Of a DNA stretch of 64,000 nucleotides, positions 1 through 13,184 are shown piece after piece. The notes under the pieces were generated by a model. It searched no databases and was not told the DNA's origin. It saw nothing but the letters and a program-made list of their open reading frames with translations. This stretch comes from an uncultured delta proteobacterium (GTDB taxonomy: Bacteria > Desulfobacterota > BSN033 > UBA1163): assembly GCA_963708295.1 (NCBI GenBank), contig CAVPSJ010000005.1:108356-172355 (forward strand), written 5' to 3'. Both the position numbers and the translations under genes were made by a program. Numbering within the stretch: position 1 is the first letter of the stretch; each line of letters begins with the position of its first letter.

Positions 1-3000
1 CGAATCGAGTCCAGCTGAATTCCGCACAGGGAAGCCGGGTCGGTCGCATTGATCCAGTAAATCGACGTCTTCCGGCAACTTCCGCTGCAAACGCCGGAAG
101 GCCCGGTGAGAGATGAACTGTGGCCCGGGAATCCCGTGGAAGAAGATGCCTGCCATCACCTCTCCCGACAGCTCCATGATCCGCAAGGCACGAAAGACAT
201 TCGACCAGCGAAGGGCAGGCCATTCCCTCTGAAGCAGTTCCCGAAACAGGATCCCGTACCGGTCCAACAAGAGCCGGACCCGGTCCTTTCTGCGCTCTTC
301 TGTTTCGAGGAGATCATCCGGAAGCTCAGGCCTTGGAACCAGGTGCCAGTTTCCCGGAAAAAATGAGCCTTCTTTCCTTTCAACCAGGCTGAGACGCCGC
401 AACCGGCTTCCCCTCCGGTCGATCTTCCTTGAGTCCTCCGAAGCCCTCTCCGGAATTCTGAATCGATTCATCAGAGCCCGACGAAGGGTGATAAACGTGT
501 CGTTCGTTACCCTTCCCTTCCACACTTCGTCCCAGAGTCGTTTGGCGAGTTCTGCGCTTCCGCTTTTGGATAAGCGAAGCAAGGTTGAAAAATCGTAGCG
601 GCCTGCTGAGTCCGGAAAGAGATCAAGAGGCCGCGCAGTCCCCGGCCTGAGAAATCGACCCGACCGGTGGCTCTCCTCCGAAACGAATTCGGATTCTCCG
701 GATTCTTCCTGAAGCAGATCGAGATCCGATTCAAAACAAAAAGTCACCCGATGCCCTTCACTGCCGACCCAGAGAAGTCCTCCCTCCTGCATCAGGGTAT
801 CGAGCCAGGAGGGATCATAGGGATGCAACCGTGCGGGAAAGATCTCTGACTCCCAGGTTCCCGCCTCTGCGGGGTAGCAGAGCAGTTGTTCCACGGAACG
901 GAAGAGCCGGTCGATCCCATCGATCCGATCCGGGGGTCTTGTGATCCCCTGGTAATCAGCGAGAAACAGGGGCAGCCACTCGATTCCAAGCGGTTCGAAG
1001 GCCGGCGCGGCTTCGATCCTGACCAGTCGCAGCAGCATTTCAAAATTCTCGCTGTCGCAGACCTCTTCGGCTCGCCCCCCGGTCACCAGCTGCCCCTGGA
1101 CAACCTTTTGCGAATCGATCAGGTCTTCTAGGATCAACTGCAACCGTTCCGCTTCGATCCCAAAGGTTTCACGGATGAATTCGACGGTCACCGGCCCGTA
1201 AAACTGAAGCCACTGCCCAAGAAGATCATCGAGACCCTCTCCGCCTTCTGTCTCTTCCTCGGAAGCCCTGTCTTCCTCTGGCAATGGGACTCCGGCCAGC
1301 GATTCGGACACGGACTGATTTTCTTTCTCGGGGCCATAAAGGGACCGGATCATCCTGGGAAGCATCTCCCTGGCAACGATCAGTGGCTTCCCTCGGCTCC
1401 GGGGGATGGAATTGAATGAGTCTGTCTTCCAGCTCGGGAAACGACTCCGGATCGACCCCGTGATCCCTTCGCATGGCCTCCAGGAGATCTTCCCACTCTC
1501 CTTTCGGAATGGCCACCCGCTCCATCACCCAGTCGAGAAGCTCTCGGGATGTCTGCGGCGAATAACCGGGGCTCAGCCTCTTTCGTTTCAATTCAAACTG
1601 TTCGACCAGTCTGCGAGAAACGGTCGGCCGAAGACCGGGAGTGAAGACAACCTCCCGGAGGAGGCTGCCGCGCAGCTTCGATATCTTATCCGACCTCGGG
1701 CTGATCGTCCATGTACATGTACTGATTGACCTGTCGCCACCCATCGCTCTGGGCAAATGGGCTGGGGAGCGCCGTATGCACTTCTGTCCAGGAAATGGAC
1801 CCGGACTCCAATTCCGTCAAGACCTGCTTCAGGCTTTCAAGATCGAACTCGTCCTGGATGCAGGTTCGCCACGTCTCCAGCAGGATCGGAAAATCTTCAT
1901 AATGCAGGACCGCCTCCAGCAGTTTCTGGGACCGCAACCGGCTCAGCCAGAGAGGCATCCGCTCGTTGAACTTGGACCGCGGCAAAAGCAGGGCCCGGCC
2001 GGCGCACTCCCTGAACCTGGCTCCAAAGAAGCCGGAGCCTTCGAGCCGGGTCCTGAGAAGGGATTCGACCCTTGTGCTTTCCACCAGGGACAGCAGTTCT
2101 TCGCCGCCGATCTCGTGGGGAAGTTGAAGAACAATACAGTCATTGCTGACATAGAGCTCGAGCCGGTAACCGAATCTGGCCTGCCAGGCTGCATCCAGGG
2201 CCATGGCCAGCGGCCGGTTGACGCGGCCTCCCCACATCGTGTGAATGACCGCCTGAGGAGTTCCGCCCGGTCCTGCGGCGACGAACTCCACCACCAGATG
2301 GTGCCGGTGCGGCAAGGGGCATCCGGTCGCCTCCTTCTGTTTTTTCAGAAATCGATCAGCTCCGCGGCTGCCTCGGGCTCCATGCGGTTTCTCCTCTGGA
2401 GAGACTGCGCAAAATCGGGGTCCTCCAGCCGGCCATCCGCTTCTTCGAGGAACTGCCCGATCCGTTCCGAAAAATGAAAGTCCCGGCCATTCTCTTCGGC
2501 CTTCCAGAAGGGAGCCGCTCGCTTTCTTTGGATTCCCCGGAAGCACAAAGACGTCATTATGGGTGATTCGCTGAATCTGCCAGTTCTGTGTGCCGAGGCT
2601 GAAGGTATCCCCCACCGATGCCTCCCAGACAAACTCTTCGTCGAGCTCACCGATCCGGGCATTGGTCTCCTGATGGCGAAGATGGAAATATCCACGGTCC
2701 GGTATGACACCGCCGGAAAGATAGAGGGTCTGCAGCGCTCCTCTCCGGGCGCTCACCGTGTTGTCGAGCCGGTCGATGGAGACGAGGGGTTTCAGTTCCC
2801 GGATCCGGCTCTCCGCATAGCGGCCGGCAAGCATATTCAGGACCAGGTCGAACTGCTCACGGCTCAGGTGTCGATAGGGATAGGTGGCCTTCAGATTCGC
2901 AAAGAGAGCGTCACTATCCCAGGTCTCAACCCCGACCATGGAGACGATGACCTGGGCCAGCACGTCGAGGGGACAGAGGATCGTCCTCGAGGATTCGATA

Positions 3001-4226
3001 TCCTGATTCAGAATTGCAGGAGCAAGAGCAGCGGCCTCCAGAAGATCTTTCGGATGGGTGGGAAAGAGGATCCCCGGCTGACCTGATTCACCTGGTGCCC
3101 GGAGCGTCCCACCCGCTGAATGGCGGAAGAAATCGAAAAGGGGGACTGGACCAAGACGACTTCGTCCAGGGCGCCGATGTCGATCCCCAGTTCCAGGGAG
3201 TGGGTCGCCACGATGGCCCGCAACGCCCCGGCCTTGAGCCTCCGTTCTACCTCGGAGCGGATCTCCAGGGAAAGAGAGCCATGATGGGCATAGGCCATCG
3301 GCTCTTCTTCATTCTGGTTGATCATGAGCGTCAGCATTTCGCAGAGGCGCCTGCTGTTGACGAAGATCAGGGTCGAGCGGTTTCTCCGCGATGATCTTCT
3401 TCAATTCCTCAACCAGGGGATCCCATACGGAACCCGTCCCTCCCTGCTCTCCCGCGTCTTGCACGAAGCGAACACGAAGGTCGTACTGTTTTCTGGCATC
3501 GGAACAGACGATGGAAACAGGCCGCGGCGCATAACGAGGATCGCCCGGTTCTCCGGCCAATCTGAATCCGCCCACAAACTCTGCCACCTTCTCCAGCGGT
3601 TGAATCGTTGCGGAAAGGGCGATCCGCTGGAATTCCCCGGAGAGCCGCACCAGCCGGTCTACCGCCGTCATCAGGTAGACGCCCCGCTTCGTACCGAGAA
3701 CCGCATGGATCTCGTCCAGGATCACCATGGAGAGGTTCGTCAGGATCGATCGGCCTCCTCTGGAGCTGAGAAGCAGATTGAGACTTTCCGGAGTGGTGAT
3801 GAGGATTTCCGGCGGGTGGCGAAGCATCTGCCGACGATCGGACTGCGGGGTATCGCCGCTTCGGGTGAGAACACGGATTTCGGGAAAATCTTCTCCCCGC
3901 TTCCTTGAAGATCCTGCCTCAAGTTCGTCCAGAGGACCGAGCAGGTTGCGCTGGATGTCGTAGTTGAGCGCCCTCAGGGGCGACACATAGAGGACGCTGG
4001 TTTGTCCGGTAGGCCATTGTCCGGTGATCAATTGATTGAGGGCCCAGAGAAACGCGGCCAGGGTCTTTCCGGTTCCCGTGGGCGCCGTGATGAGCAGATG
4101 TTCTCGCGCTGCGATCCTAGGCCAGGCCTGTTCCTGCACCTCTGTAGGCTGGCCGACTCGCTCCTCGAACCATCGTGCGACCAACGGATGAAATCGGGTC
4201 AGGACTTCTGGGTTGGAGCTCATCAT
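1..4226 (-). CDS. lhr: Lhr-family ATP-dependent DEAD/H-box helicase (several frameshifts, runs off window start)
   Basis: Consecutive minus-strand ORFs 3309-4226, 3008-3337, 1686-2963, 2345-2710 and 1226-1756 give APTGTGKT, YVSPLRAL, ITTPESL, DEIH, LSAT, HHGSLS, SLELGIDIG, QRVGRSGH and the Lhr-type GELDEEFV. Confidence 0.85.
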
Positions 4227-4482
4227 TCCACTTTCACAAAGAACCTCAGCGGGATTCCATCGGAGCGGATGAGGAGTACGGCATGATGTTGAGAAACCCG
4301 AATACGATCACGGGTTGCATCATCGTTTTACAAATAGAACATATTGGTTTAGAATTCAACATCAAACTCTTCCTTTTTTCTACTTCTCTCCGGTGACCCC
4401 GCGTGGCCAAGCCAGACGGCAGGCGGTCACGAAGGGGCGAAGGAAGGGGTCGTCTCATTGTCATGATTAAAGGAGAACCGGG

Positions 4483-5043
4483 ATGAATGCGTTGTCTCGA
4501 ATTCAACGGGAAGAAGCAGTGCTGGTCGTGGTCGATGTCCAGGATGCTCTGATGAAGAAGATGAATCCAGGGGTAGGAGAAAAGGTGATCCGAAATATCC
4601 GGACCCTTCTCGCGTTTGCTCAACGTCTGGCCATCCCTGTTCTGATCACGGAACAGTATCCCAAAGGGCTGGGGCCGACCGTCTCCGGAATCAAGATGGA
4701 GTTGGGGTCCATCCTTCCTATCGAAAAGGTCTCCTTCAGCTGTTGCGGGGTGGAGACGTTCAACGCGAAATTAAATCAAACCGGAAGGAACCAGGTCCTG
4801 TTGGTCGGGATCGAAACTCATGTGTGCATCCTCCAAACGGCCGACGACCTCATCCGGGCGGACCGCGCGGTCTATGCCGTGGCCGATGCCATCTGTTCGC
4901 AGAGAAAATTGGACTGGGAAGTCGGCCTCCGATGGATGGAAAAAAGGGGGGCGATGATCTCGACCACCGAGATCATCGCCTTTCAACTGCTAAAGGAGGC
5001 TGGGACGGAGGAGTTCAGATCGTTGTCAAAATGGTTGAAATGA
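4483..5043 (+). CDS. isochorismatase-family hydrolase
   Basis: VVDVQ, TEQYPKGLG, EKVSFSC, GIETHVC motifs; SD AAGGAG upstream. Confidence 0.9.
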   Translation: MNALSRIQREEAVLVVVDVQDALMKKMNPGVGEKVIRNIRTLLAFAQRLAIPVLITEQYPKGLGPTVSGIKMELGSILPIEKVSFSCCGVETFNAKLNQTGRNQVLLVGIETHVCILQTADDLIRADRAVYAVADAICSQRKLDWEVGLRWMEKRGAMISTTEIIAFQLLKEAGTEEFRSLSKWLK

Positions 5044-5052
5044 ATAAGAACT

Positions 5053-5202
5053 CTAGAGGCATCGAAACAGTCTGGCAAAGAAATAGGAAACGAAGAAGGC
5101 ATTCGTAAAAACCAAGGCTAAACGAACAACTCTCCAGAAACTGATCTCAATTCTTCTCCCCTCTTCTGTTTCCTGAATCCCCAATAACTCTTTACCAGTC
5201 AT
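5053..5202 (-). CDS. putative 49-aa small membrane protein
   Basis: GAGGG SD before ATG at 5202; MTGKELLGIQ...FWRVVRLALVFTNAFFVSYFFARLFRCL has a hydrophobic C-terminal stretch; lies downstream of a sigma54 promoter. Confidence 0.45.
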   Translation of the reverse strand: MTGKELLGIQETEEGRRIEISFWRVVRLALVFTNAFFVSYFFARLFRCL

Positions 5203-5445
5203 CTTTCCCTCGGTCGCCGACAAGTGCCCCCCGCATAGGCCGGGGCAAGCTTCACAATTTTGTAACAAGCAGCACAATTCCGTTGGAATCTCCGGGGCAA
5301 TCTATTTATCTTTCAGTCGCCTCTTTACGATTTGTAAGAATACGAAACCTCCTAAAATAATAAGAAAATTATAAACAGATTGGAAATACAAATTCTCTGA
5401 TGATCAGACTTACTCCCGACTTCTTTTAGTATGAATGATCTATAA

Positions 5446-5462
5446 AGCAAGTCTTATGCCAA
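5446..5462 (-). promoter_or_regulatory. sigma54 (-24/-12) promoter
   Basis: Minus strand reads TTGGCAT-AAGAC-TTGCT, matching TGGCAC-N5-TTGCW. Confidence 0.75.
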
Positions 5463-5574
5463 CGGCTCGATACGGGGAAATTCGCTGAGACTAAGGAGAA
5501 TCGATATTAAAAGGACTCAGGATAAAAGTCAGAGGAGCCCACAACAGGTGAAGCCCATCGACAGATCTCGCGGC

Positions 5575-5745
5575 TCTGAGCCCTTCGATAGACTCAAGGC
5601 CTTGAACTTGTCGAAAGGCTTGTCGAAGACCTTCCCGGGCACATAGTGGCAAGCAGGATGCGAGCAAAGGAAATTTCGTTCCTAGGATGCCCCCCGTGGT
5701 CGGGTCTTATCGACTTGCCTCGCGGGGCACGTTCCGGTCACGTTT
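5575..5745. repeat. cluster of REP-like palindromes / MITE remnant
   Basis: CCCTTCGATAGACTCAAGGCCTTGAACTTGTCGAAAGG; GGGGCACGTTCCGGTCACG recurs near 14321. Confidence 0.55.
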
Positions 5746-5847
5746 CTTTAGAATTCGAAGGGATATTCCTGATGCGCCTTGGCTGCAGCAGATTTCCATT
5801 GACCCTTGATGATTGCTAACAGATCCTTGAACGGCTGATCCGTCATG

Positions 5848-7113
<1,266 letters not shown>

Positions 7114-7611
7114 CGTACCCCTCCTCATGACTCTTTCAGAAAAAATCCTATCATTACCTCTTTTTTTTCTACCTCGTCTCCCCTCCTTTTACAAGGGGAA
7201 TTTTGTGGCCTCATGAAATCGGCCCGATTCAATCATTCTCGACGGAGTTTCATATGAGGGGTGTCCCTCAAGGAGGAAATTCTTGTCGAACAGATCGCCA
7301 AGATTGTCGAAACCGATTGCGATCCAGGATCAGCTTCCCGTCGTGAGAGTGAAATGCATGCAACTCATTGATTTCCCGCCTTCGAATACGAGTCGACCTT
7401 CAATGTTGGGTTTTGAAATTTGGAATGGAGACCAACCTTCCTTAAATCCACTCGACAAGTCTTTCCTACATGAAGTCTGATCTCCGGATGTTGATTTCTA
7501 TCAGCGGCGATCTCTCTTCAGTGTGCCGATGAGAACGAACCTGTTGAAAACTTTGACGAAATCCATACTCTGAGACGGATTGCAAGATGTCATCTCGTTT
7601 TTGTAAATCAA

Positions 7612-7628
7612 TTGGCACGGTCATTGCT
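7612..7628 (+). promoter_or_regulatory. sigma54 promoter of the first Spy/CpxP/ZraP-like gene
   Basis: TTGGCAC-GGTCA-TTGCT; an NtrC-family activator is encoded in the same locus. Confidence 0.85.
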
Positions 7629-7677
7629 CTATGAACAAAGCAATGATTAAATCATAATTGTGAAAGGAGCGAAAAAG

Positions 7678-8197
7678 ATGAAGAAAGAAAGTCGTTGTAT
7701 TAGGATTGGTGGCAGTCATGGTTTTAGGTGTGGCCTATGCTTTTGCTCAAGGGCCAGGACCAGGGCAGGGGCCCGGTCCAGGACATAGACCGGGTTGGGG
7801 GCACGAGAAATGGTCTTCCTTGACCCCCGAACAACAGACCAAACTCCAAGAATTGCGTCAGAAGTTTAATGATGAGACGGCCCAGTTGAGGGGAACCATG
7901 CTCACCAAAAGGCTTGAGCTCCAATCTCTCTGGAGGAATCCCAAGGCTGATTCCAAGGCCATTCTGGAAAAGGAAAAAGAATTCAGAAGCCTTCAGAATC
8001 AGATGAAAGATAAGGCTGTCCAGCTCCAGCTGGAGGTCCGTACGATCCTGACTCCCGAGCAGTTGTCCCAATTCGGACCGGGGTTGGGGATGGGTCGTGG
8101 TTTCGGCGGCGGCCACATGATGGGCGGCGGACATGGAATGGGCCGGGGTGGAATGGGTCCTGGTCGTGGGATGGGCCCCGGTGAAGGATGCTATTGA
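7678..8197 (+). CDS. Spy/CpxP/ZraP-like periplasmic protein
   Basis: Signal peptide, LTPEQ motifs, Gly/Met/His-rich tails; probable start ATG 7678 after AAGGAG with an indel in the signal peptide. Confidence 0.85.
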
Positions 8198-8222
8198 TTG
8201 CCGGTTCTGAAAGCAAGTCCCG

Positions 8223-8251
8223 AAAGGGGAAGGCGAAGCCTTCCCCTTTTT
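8223..8251 (+). terminator. intrinsic terminator
   Basis: AAAGGGGAAGGC-GAA-GCCTTCCCCTTT followed by T tract. Confidence 0.85.
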
Positions 8252-8255
8252 AATT

Positions 8256-8284
8256 TTGACATTTCAAAATCATTTCGATATGGT
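8256..8284 (+). promoter_or_regulatory. sigma70-type promoter
   Basis: TTGACA-17 nt-TATGGT upstream of the second Spy/CpxP gene. Confidence 0.55.
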
Positions 8285-8335
8285 TTAGAGTAGATTGGAA
8301 AAACGGTGCTTCCGGGTGGTTGGGGTTGACTGCGG

Positions 8336-8827
8336 GTGAAAACGATGAAATCAAAAATACCCGTGCTTATTTTCTTTTTTCTGTTGATCTTCGCAGCGTC
8401 TCTCTCTTTTTCCCAGCCCCCTGGGATGGGAATGAGAAAGGGAAGAGGAGAAAATCCTTGCTGGAGAGCAGCCGAACTTGATCTCTCACGGGAGCAGAGG
8501 AAAAACCTTGAAGGGATCCAACAGGCCTACTTCCGAGAATCCCAACTTCTCCGGGCACAGCTTTTCACAAGGCGTTTGGAACTCCGCGAACTTTTTGTCA
8601 GCCCAACCGTCAAAATAGAATCGATCCGTTCCAAGAATTCGGAAATCATCGAACTCGAATCGAAACAGGAGGAGAAGTCGATTGAATACCTGATCAAGGT
8701 AAGAAACCTTCTCACTCCCGAACAGCTGCAGAAATGGTGTCCTGAACAAGAATTCCCCTCTTTTCGCCACATGATGTATGGAACCGGCCCCATGCATCCT
8801 AGAAAAACCTTCCCTCCTCCCGAGTAA
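8336..8827 (+). CDS. second Spy/CpxP-family periplasmic protein
   Basis: Signal peptide, LSREQ and LLTPEQ motifs. Confidence 0.8.
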   Translation: MKTMKSKIPVLIFFFLLIFAASLSFSQPPGMGMRKGRGENPCWRAAELDLSREQRKNLEGIQQAYFRESQLLRAQLFTRRLELRELFVSPTVKIESIRSKNSEIIELESKQEEKSIEYLIKVRNLLTPEQLQKWCPEQEFPSFRHMMYGTGPMHPRKTFPPPE

Positions 8828-8855
8828 CCCGGAGGGAAATCGGGACGCGGCTATT

Positions 8856-10628
8856 TTGGACAAGGACAAGAGCAAGATAAAAAGAAGTTTTTCCCTCATC
8901 TATTTAGGAATCTTTTCCGGAATCCTCCTCGTCATTCTTATCATCAACGGACTCTTGGAAATCAATCGAACCCGGAACGGATTCTACCTCCTGTTGGAAA
9001 GGGAGGCAACCGTTCTCATTCAGCATTTCGAGAGAAATATCCAGGAAGTCCTCACCTCTCTGGAATGGATGGAAAGTGAGCCCGGGAAGGATCCCGTCAG
9101 CTCTCCCGTGTCGGGGCTCTCTTACGGCCTGGAAGATTCCGTTGCCGAATACCTTCTGGAAGTCCTCCACCGGGTGGATCAAATCGACAGAGAAAAACCT
9201 CTGAACCCCTCTGATCTCCGATATCTCATCGACCAGTACCGCATCACTTCAATCGAAATCTACGACTCCAAAGGAAACTCCCTCCGCGGGTGGCCTTCCG
9301 GGTTTTCTCCCCCTGGAAAAAAACCGCTTCTTCAGGAACTGATTGGGAAGAAACAACCCGTGGCCATCGATCTCCTGGGCCGCTCCCTTTCCGAAGACCA
9401 ATGGTTCTCGATGGCTGTCTGGAGGAGAACGACCCCGGAGATCATCGCCCTGTACCTCAACGGAGACCAACTGAAAAGACTTCTCCGGCAATTCGCCGTC
9501 CAGAGGGCGATCTCCGATATCGGCCTGAGAGAGGGCATCCTCTATATCTCCGTCCAGGACACCTCTCTTCACGTGATTGCGAATACCGACTCCGCCCTGA
9601 TTGGGAGAAGAGAGGAGGACCCTTTTCTAAAGAGCTCCCTTCAGGGGAAACGCGTCCTTTTCCGCCACTATCGGCCCTCGAAAGAGAAGGAGGTCTTCGA
9701 AGTGGTCAAGCCTTTCTCTCTCAAGGACAAAACCATGGGGCTCATCCGAATTGGATACACGCCGGAGGAAATCCAGCCCGTCCTGAGCCAGATCAAGAAG
9801 AATGTTTTTCTCTCGGTCTTTTTCTTCCTTATTTTGGGGATTTCGGCGATCACTCTGATCTGGGTGAATCAGAATCGGCACTTCAAGAAAATGAAGGAGA
9901 TGGAGGATCGGATCCAGCTGGCCGAAAGAATTTCATCCCTCGGCCACCTCGCGGCAGGCGTTGCCCATGAGATTCGGAATCCACTCAATGCCATCGGGAT
10001 GGGCCTCCAGAGGCTCAAAAGAGAGTTTCTCCCTCCCGATGAATCGAAAAGAGAAGAGTATATCTCTTTTGCGGAGTTGATCCTCAAAGAAATCAGGAGG
10101 GTCAACAACATCATCGAACAGTTTCTGACGCTCTCCAGACCCTTTCAACTGAACTTGAAGGAATCTTCCCTCCAGGACGTGTTACGCCATCTGGTCGCTC
10201 TCTTTCAGGAAGAGGCCTCTTCTCTGGGGATCCGCCTTCAGTCAGAGATCCCTTCGGACCTGCCCCTCCTCGCCATCGATCCGGAAAAGTTGACACAAGC
10301 CTTGATCAATATTATGAGAAATGGAATGCAGGCCATGGAGGAGGGAGGGCTTCTTCGTATCGAAGCGAAATCCCTGAAAGTGGGCGTGGAAGTCACGATC
10401 TCAGACTTGGGTTCTGGAATTCCTCCGGAACAGATGGAAAAGATCTTTAACTATTACTATACGACCAAAGAGAAAGGAGTGGGGTTGGGGCTCCCCATTG
10501 CCCATCGAATCATCGAAGCTCATGGGGGCCAATTGAAAATCGAAAGCCGGGTGGGGGTGGGGACGAAGGTCACCGTAACGCTGCCTGTTGAAAGAAAGAA
10601 TGAAGCGGGCAGTAGCAAAAAACAGTAG
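8856..10628 (+). CDS. membrane sensor histidine kinase (ZraS/AtoS-like)
   Basis: Two TM segments, H-box AHEIRNPL, N, D/G boxes, GVGLGL; start uncertain. Confidence 0.92.
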   Translation: MDKDKSKIKRSFSLIYLGIFSGILLVILIINGLLEINRTRNGFYLLLEREATVLIQHFERNIQEVLTSLEWMESEPGKDPVSSPVSGLSYGLEDSVAEYLLEVLHRVDQIDREKPLNPSDLRYLIDQYRITSIEIYDSKGNSLRGWPSGFSPPGKKPLLQELIGKKQPVAIDLLGRSLSEDQWFSMAVWRRTTPEIIALYLNGDQLKRLLRQFAVQRAISDIGLREGILYISVQDTSLHVIANTDSALIGRREEDPFLKSSLQGKRVLFRHYRPSKEKEVFEVVKPFSLKDKTMGLIRIGYTPEEIQPVLSQIKKNVFLSVFFFLILGISAITLIWVNQNRHFKKMKEMEDRIQLAERISSLGHLAAGVAHEIRNPLNAIGMGLQRLKREFLPPDESKREEYISFAELILKEIRRVNNIIEQFLTLSRPFQLNLKESSLQDVLRHLVALFQEEASSLGIRLQSEIPSDLPLLAIDPEKLTQALINIMRNGMQAMEEGGLLRIEAKSLKVGVEVTISDLGSGIPPEQMEKIFNYYYTTKEKGVGLGLPIAHRIIEAHGGQLKIESRVGVGTKVTVTLPVERKNEAGSSKKQ

Positions 10629-10757
10629 GCAGTAGGCAGTAAGCAGTGGGCAATACAATACACAGTAAATCGTTATGCGCGTAAATAGCGCAAACATTAT
10701 GGGCTGTGCATTTTTCGCTATGCCTATTTTGAATCACGGACACGGGGCACGTTTTTG

Positions 10758-12143
10758 ATGATGGAAAAAGCGAAGATACTGATTGCCGAGGATGAAAAAA
10801 CCCAGAGGGAGCTCCTGGAAGGATTCTTGAAAAAAGAAGGCTTCTTGGTTGAGGCCGTAGCCAACGGCAGGGAAGTTCTCAGGGAGCTCCAAGGAAATTT
10901 TTTCGATCTGGCCTTGATCGACTACAAGATGCCCGAACTCGACGGCATTCAAACCCTGCGGGAAATTCGAAAACTCTATCCAGACCTCCCTGTCGTGATG
11001 ATGACGGCCTACGGAACCGTAGAAACAGCCGTGGCCTCGATGAAAGAAGGGGCCCTGGACTATCTGACCAAACCGATCGATCTGGATGAACTCCTTCTCA
11101 TGCTTCAAAAGGTGATCGAAAGATCCACCCTCATCAGAGAGAATATAGAATTAAAAGCCCAGCTTCAGGAGCGTTATCGATTTGCCCAGATCGTGTACGG
11201 AAGTCCGAAGATGGAAGAAGTCATGGGGCTGGTGGCTCGGGTGGCACCCAGCCAAACCACTGTCCTCATCCGGGGGGAGAGCGGGACGGGGAAAGAATTA
11301 ATCGCCAATGCCATCCATTATGCAAGCCCTCGATCCGAAAACCCCTGGGTGAAGGTCAGCTGCGCAGCGATTCCCGAAACCCTCCTGGAGAGCGAACTCT
11401 TCGGCCATGAGAGAGGAGCTTTCACAGGGGCGACCCACCGAAGAATAGGCCGATTTGAAGAAGCCAACGGCGGATCCATCTTTCTCGACGAGATTGGAGA
11501 CCTCTCCCCCAGCACTCAGGTGAAACTTTTGAGAATTCTGCAGGACAGGGAATTCCAGCGTCTGGGATCCAACCAAAGCCTCAAGACCGACGTCAGGGTG
11601 ATCACCGCCACCCATCGGAATTTGGAAGAGGCGATTCCAAAGGGACTTTTTAGAGAGGACCTGTACTATCGGCTAAACGTCATCTCGATCACCCTTCCCT
11701 CTTTGCGGGAGAGGAGAGAAGACATTCCTCTTTTGACCGACCATTTCTTAAAAAAATATTCCGAGAAAAACCAGAAATCGATCTCCAATATTTCTAAAGA
11801 AGCAACGGCCCTCCTTCTCCGGTACGATTATCCCGGAAATGTCAGAGAACTGGAGAATCTCATCGAACGGGCGGTGGTGCTCTGCCGTGGCGAAATCATC
11901 ACGACCCAGGATCTTCCTTTTCACCTCAAGGAGGAGAAATCCGAGAGGCTCTGGGAACCTTCCAAGAAAGAAAAGAGTCTCCCTGAGTCTTTGGAGGAAA
12001 TTGAGAAAAGCTCCATCCTCAACGCCCTCCATCAACATCAGGGAGTTCAGACAAGGGCTGCCGAGAGCCTCGGCATCAGCGAGAGGGTGCTTCGATACAA
12101 AATGAAAAAGTATGGAATTCGTTTTGAAGAAACAAAAGAATAG
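10758..12143 (+). CDS. sigma54-dependent response regulator (ZraR/AtoC/NtrC family)
   Basis: Receiver domain, [30 protein letters not shown]-terminal Fis-type HTH. Confidence 0.95.
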   Translation: MMEKAKILIAEDEKTQRELLEGFLKKEGFLVEAVANGREVLRELQGNFFDLALIDYKMPELDGIQTLREIRKLYPDLPVVMMTAYGTVETAVASMKEGALDYLTKPIDLDELLLMLQKVIERSTLIRENIELKAQLQERYRFAQIVYGSPKMEEVMGLVARVAPSQTTVLIRGESGTGKELIANAIHYASPRSENPWVKVSCAAIPETLLESELFGHERGAFTGATHRRIGRFEEANGGSIFLDEIGDLSPSTQVKLLRILQDREFQRLGSNQSLKTDVRVITATHRNLEEAIPKGLFREDLYYRLNVISITLPSLRERREDIPLLTDHFLKKYSEKNQKSISNISKEATALLLRYDYPGNVRELENLIERAVVLCRGEIITTQDLPFHLKEEKSERLWEPSKKEKSLPESLEEIEKSSILNALHQHQGVQTRAAESLGISERVLRYKMKKYGIRFEETKE

Positions 12144-12261
12144 GATATGATAGGAAACGATGACTTCGATCTTTTTCCCAACGAGGCCGCATACCGGACA
12201 AAAAACATCGATGGAAGACCGAGGTCAAACAAAACAAGAGAGCGAGCAGGAGAAGTACTTC

Positions 12262-12380
12262 ACCCACCCCCACCCTGTCCCTCCCCCTGAAAGGGAGGGA
12301 AATCATTATCCTCCTCCCCGTGAAGGGAAGGGAAATCATCAGCTCCTCACCCTTCAAGAGGGAAGGAAGAAGGGGAAGGA
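12262..12380. repeat. tandem CCCTC...GAGGG REP-like hairpins
   Basis: Repeated CCTCCCC-TGAA-GGGAGGGAAATCA units. Confidence 0.6.
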
Positions 12381-12500
12381 TAAGCTATTTGTTACGTCCA
12401 CGCCTCTGGATTCTTGGAATTGAGACGGGAAGATTTGGCCTTCGGATTTCGTTGCTGTTTGAACTTTGAGGTTTGAAATTTGGGTTCCGAGGAGTTCCGT

Positions 12501-13184
12501 ATGACCTATTACCGCTACCGTTTTTCGTATGGTCAGGGTTTGACACCTGCCATCAAGAATCTGATGATCGCGATGGGAGCAGTCTTTCTGGTCCAGCAAC
12601 TGCTCCGCATGACCAGCATCGACCTGTACGTCTATTATTTCCTCAACACCTTCGCACTCGACCCTGAAAAGGTTTGGAACGAATATTATATCTGGCAACT
12701 GTTCACCTATATTTTTCTGCATGGAGACTTCTTCCACATTCTTTTCAACCTTTTTTCACTCTGGATGTTCGGGGGGGAATTGGAAAGCTATTGGGGATCG
12801 AGAAGGTTTCTTTTCTACTTCTTCTTCTGCGGCATCGGCGCGGGAATTTTCACCGTTTTACTTTCTCCTTATCCTGTCATCGGAGCCTCCGGGGCAATTT
12901 ATGGCATCCTTCTCGCATTTGGCTGGCTCTTCCCCGATCGCCCCATTTACATCTATTTCCTCTTCCCCCTCCCTGCGAAATATATGGTGATTATTTTCGG
13001 CCTCATTGAATTCTTTTCATCCGGTTCGGCAGCGGGCGGCGTCGCTCACCTGACCCATCTGGGAGGTCTCGTTTTCGGGTTCTTTTTTATGGCCTACCCG
13101 ACGATCCGGCAAAAACTTCGCCGTGAATATTACAAGCGGAAGTGGCCCCCGAAGGGCCCCGGCGGCAAAAACTATTATCATTAA
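12501..13184 (+). CDS. rhomboid-family intramembrane serine protease
   Basis: WQLFTYIFLH, HILFN, GASG, AHLTHLGG. Confidence 0.92.
   Translation: MTYYRYRFSYGQGLTPAIKNLMIAMGAVFLVQQLLRMTSIDLYVYYFLNTFALDPEKVWNEYYIWQLFTYIFLHGDFFHILFNLFSLWMFGGELESYWGSRRFLFYFFFCGIGAGIFTVLLSPYPVIGASGAIYGILLAFGWLFPDRPIYIYFLFPLPAKYMVIIFGLIEFFSSGSAAGGVAHLTHLGGLVFGFFFMAYPTIRQKLRREYYKRKWPPKGPGGKNYYH

Noticed and set aside
5205-5300. Riboswitch (e.g. c-di-GMP-I) in the leader of the 49-aa ORF
   Set aside because: Some hairpin potential, but I could not match the conserved core of any known family
12160-12423. 87-aa Pro-rich ORF
   Set aside because: Its sequence comes from REP-like repeats and is unlikely to be a gene
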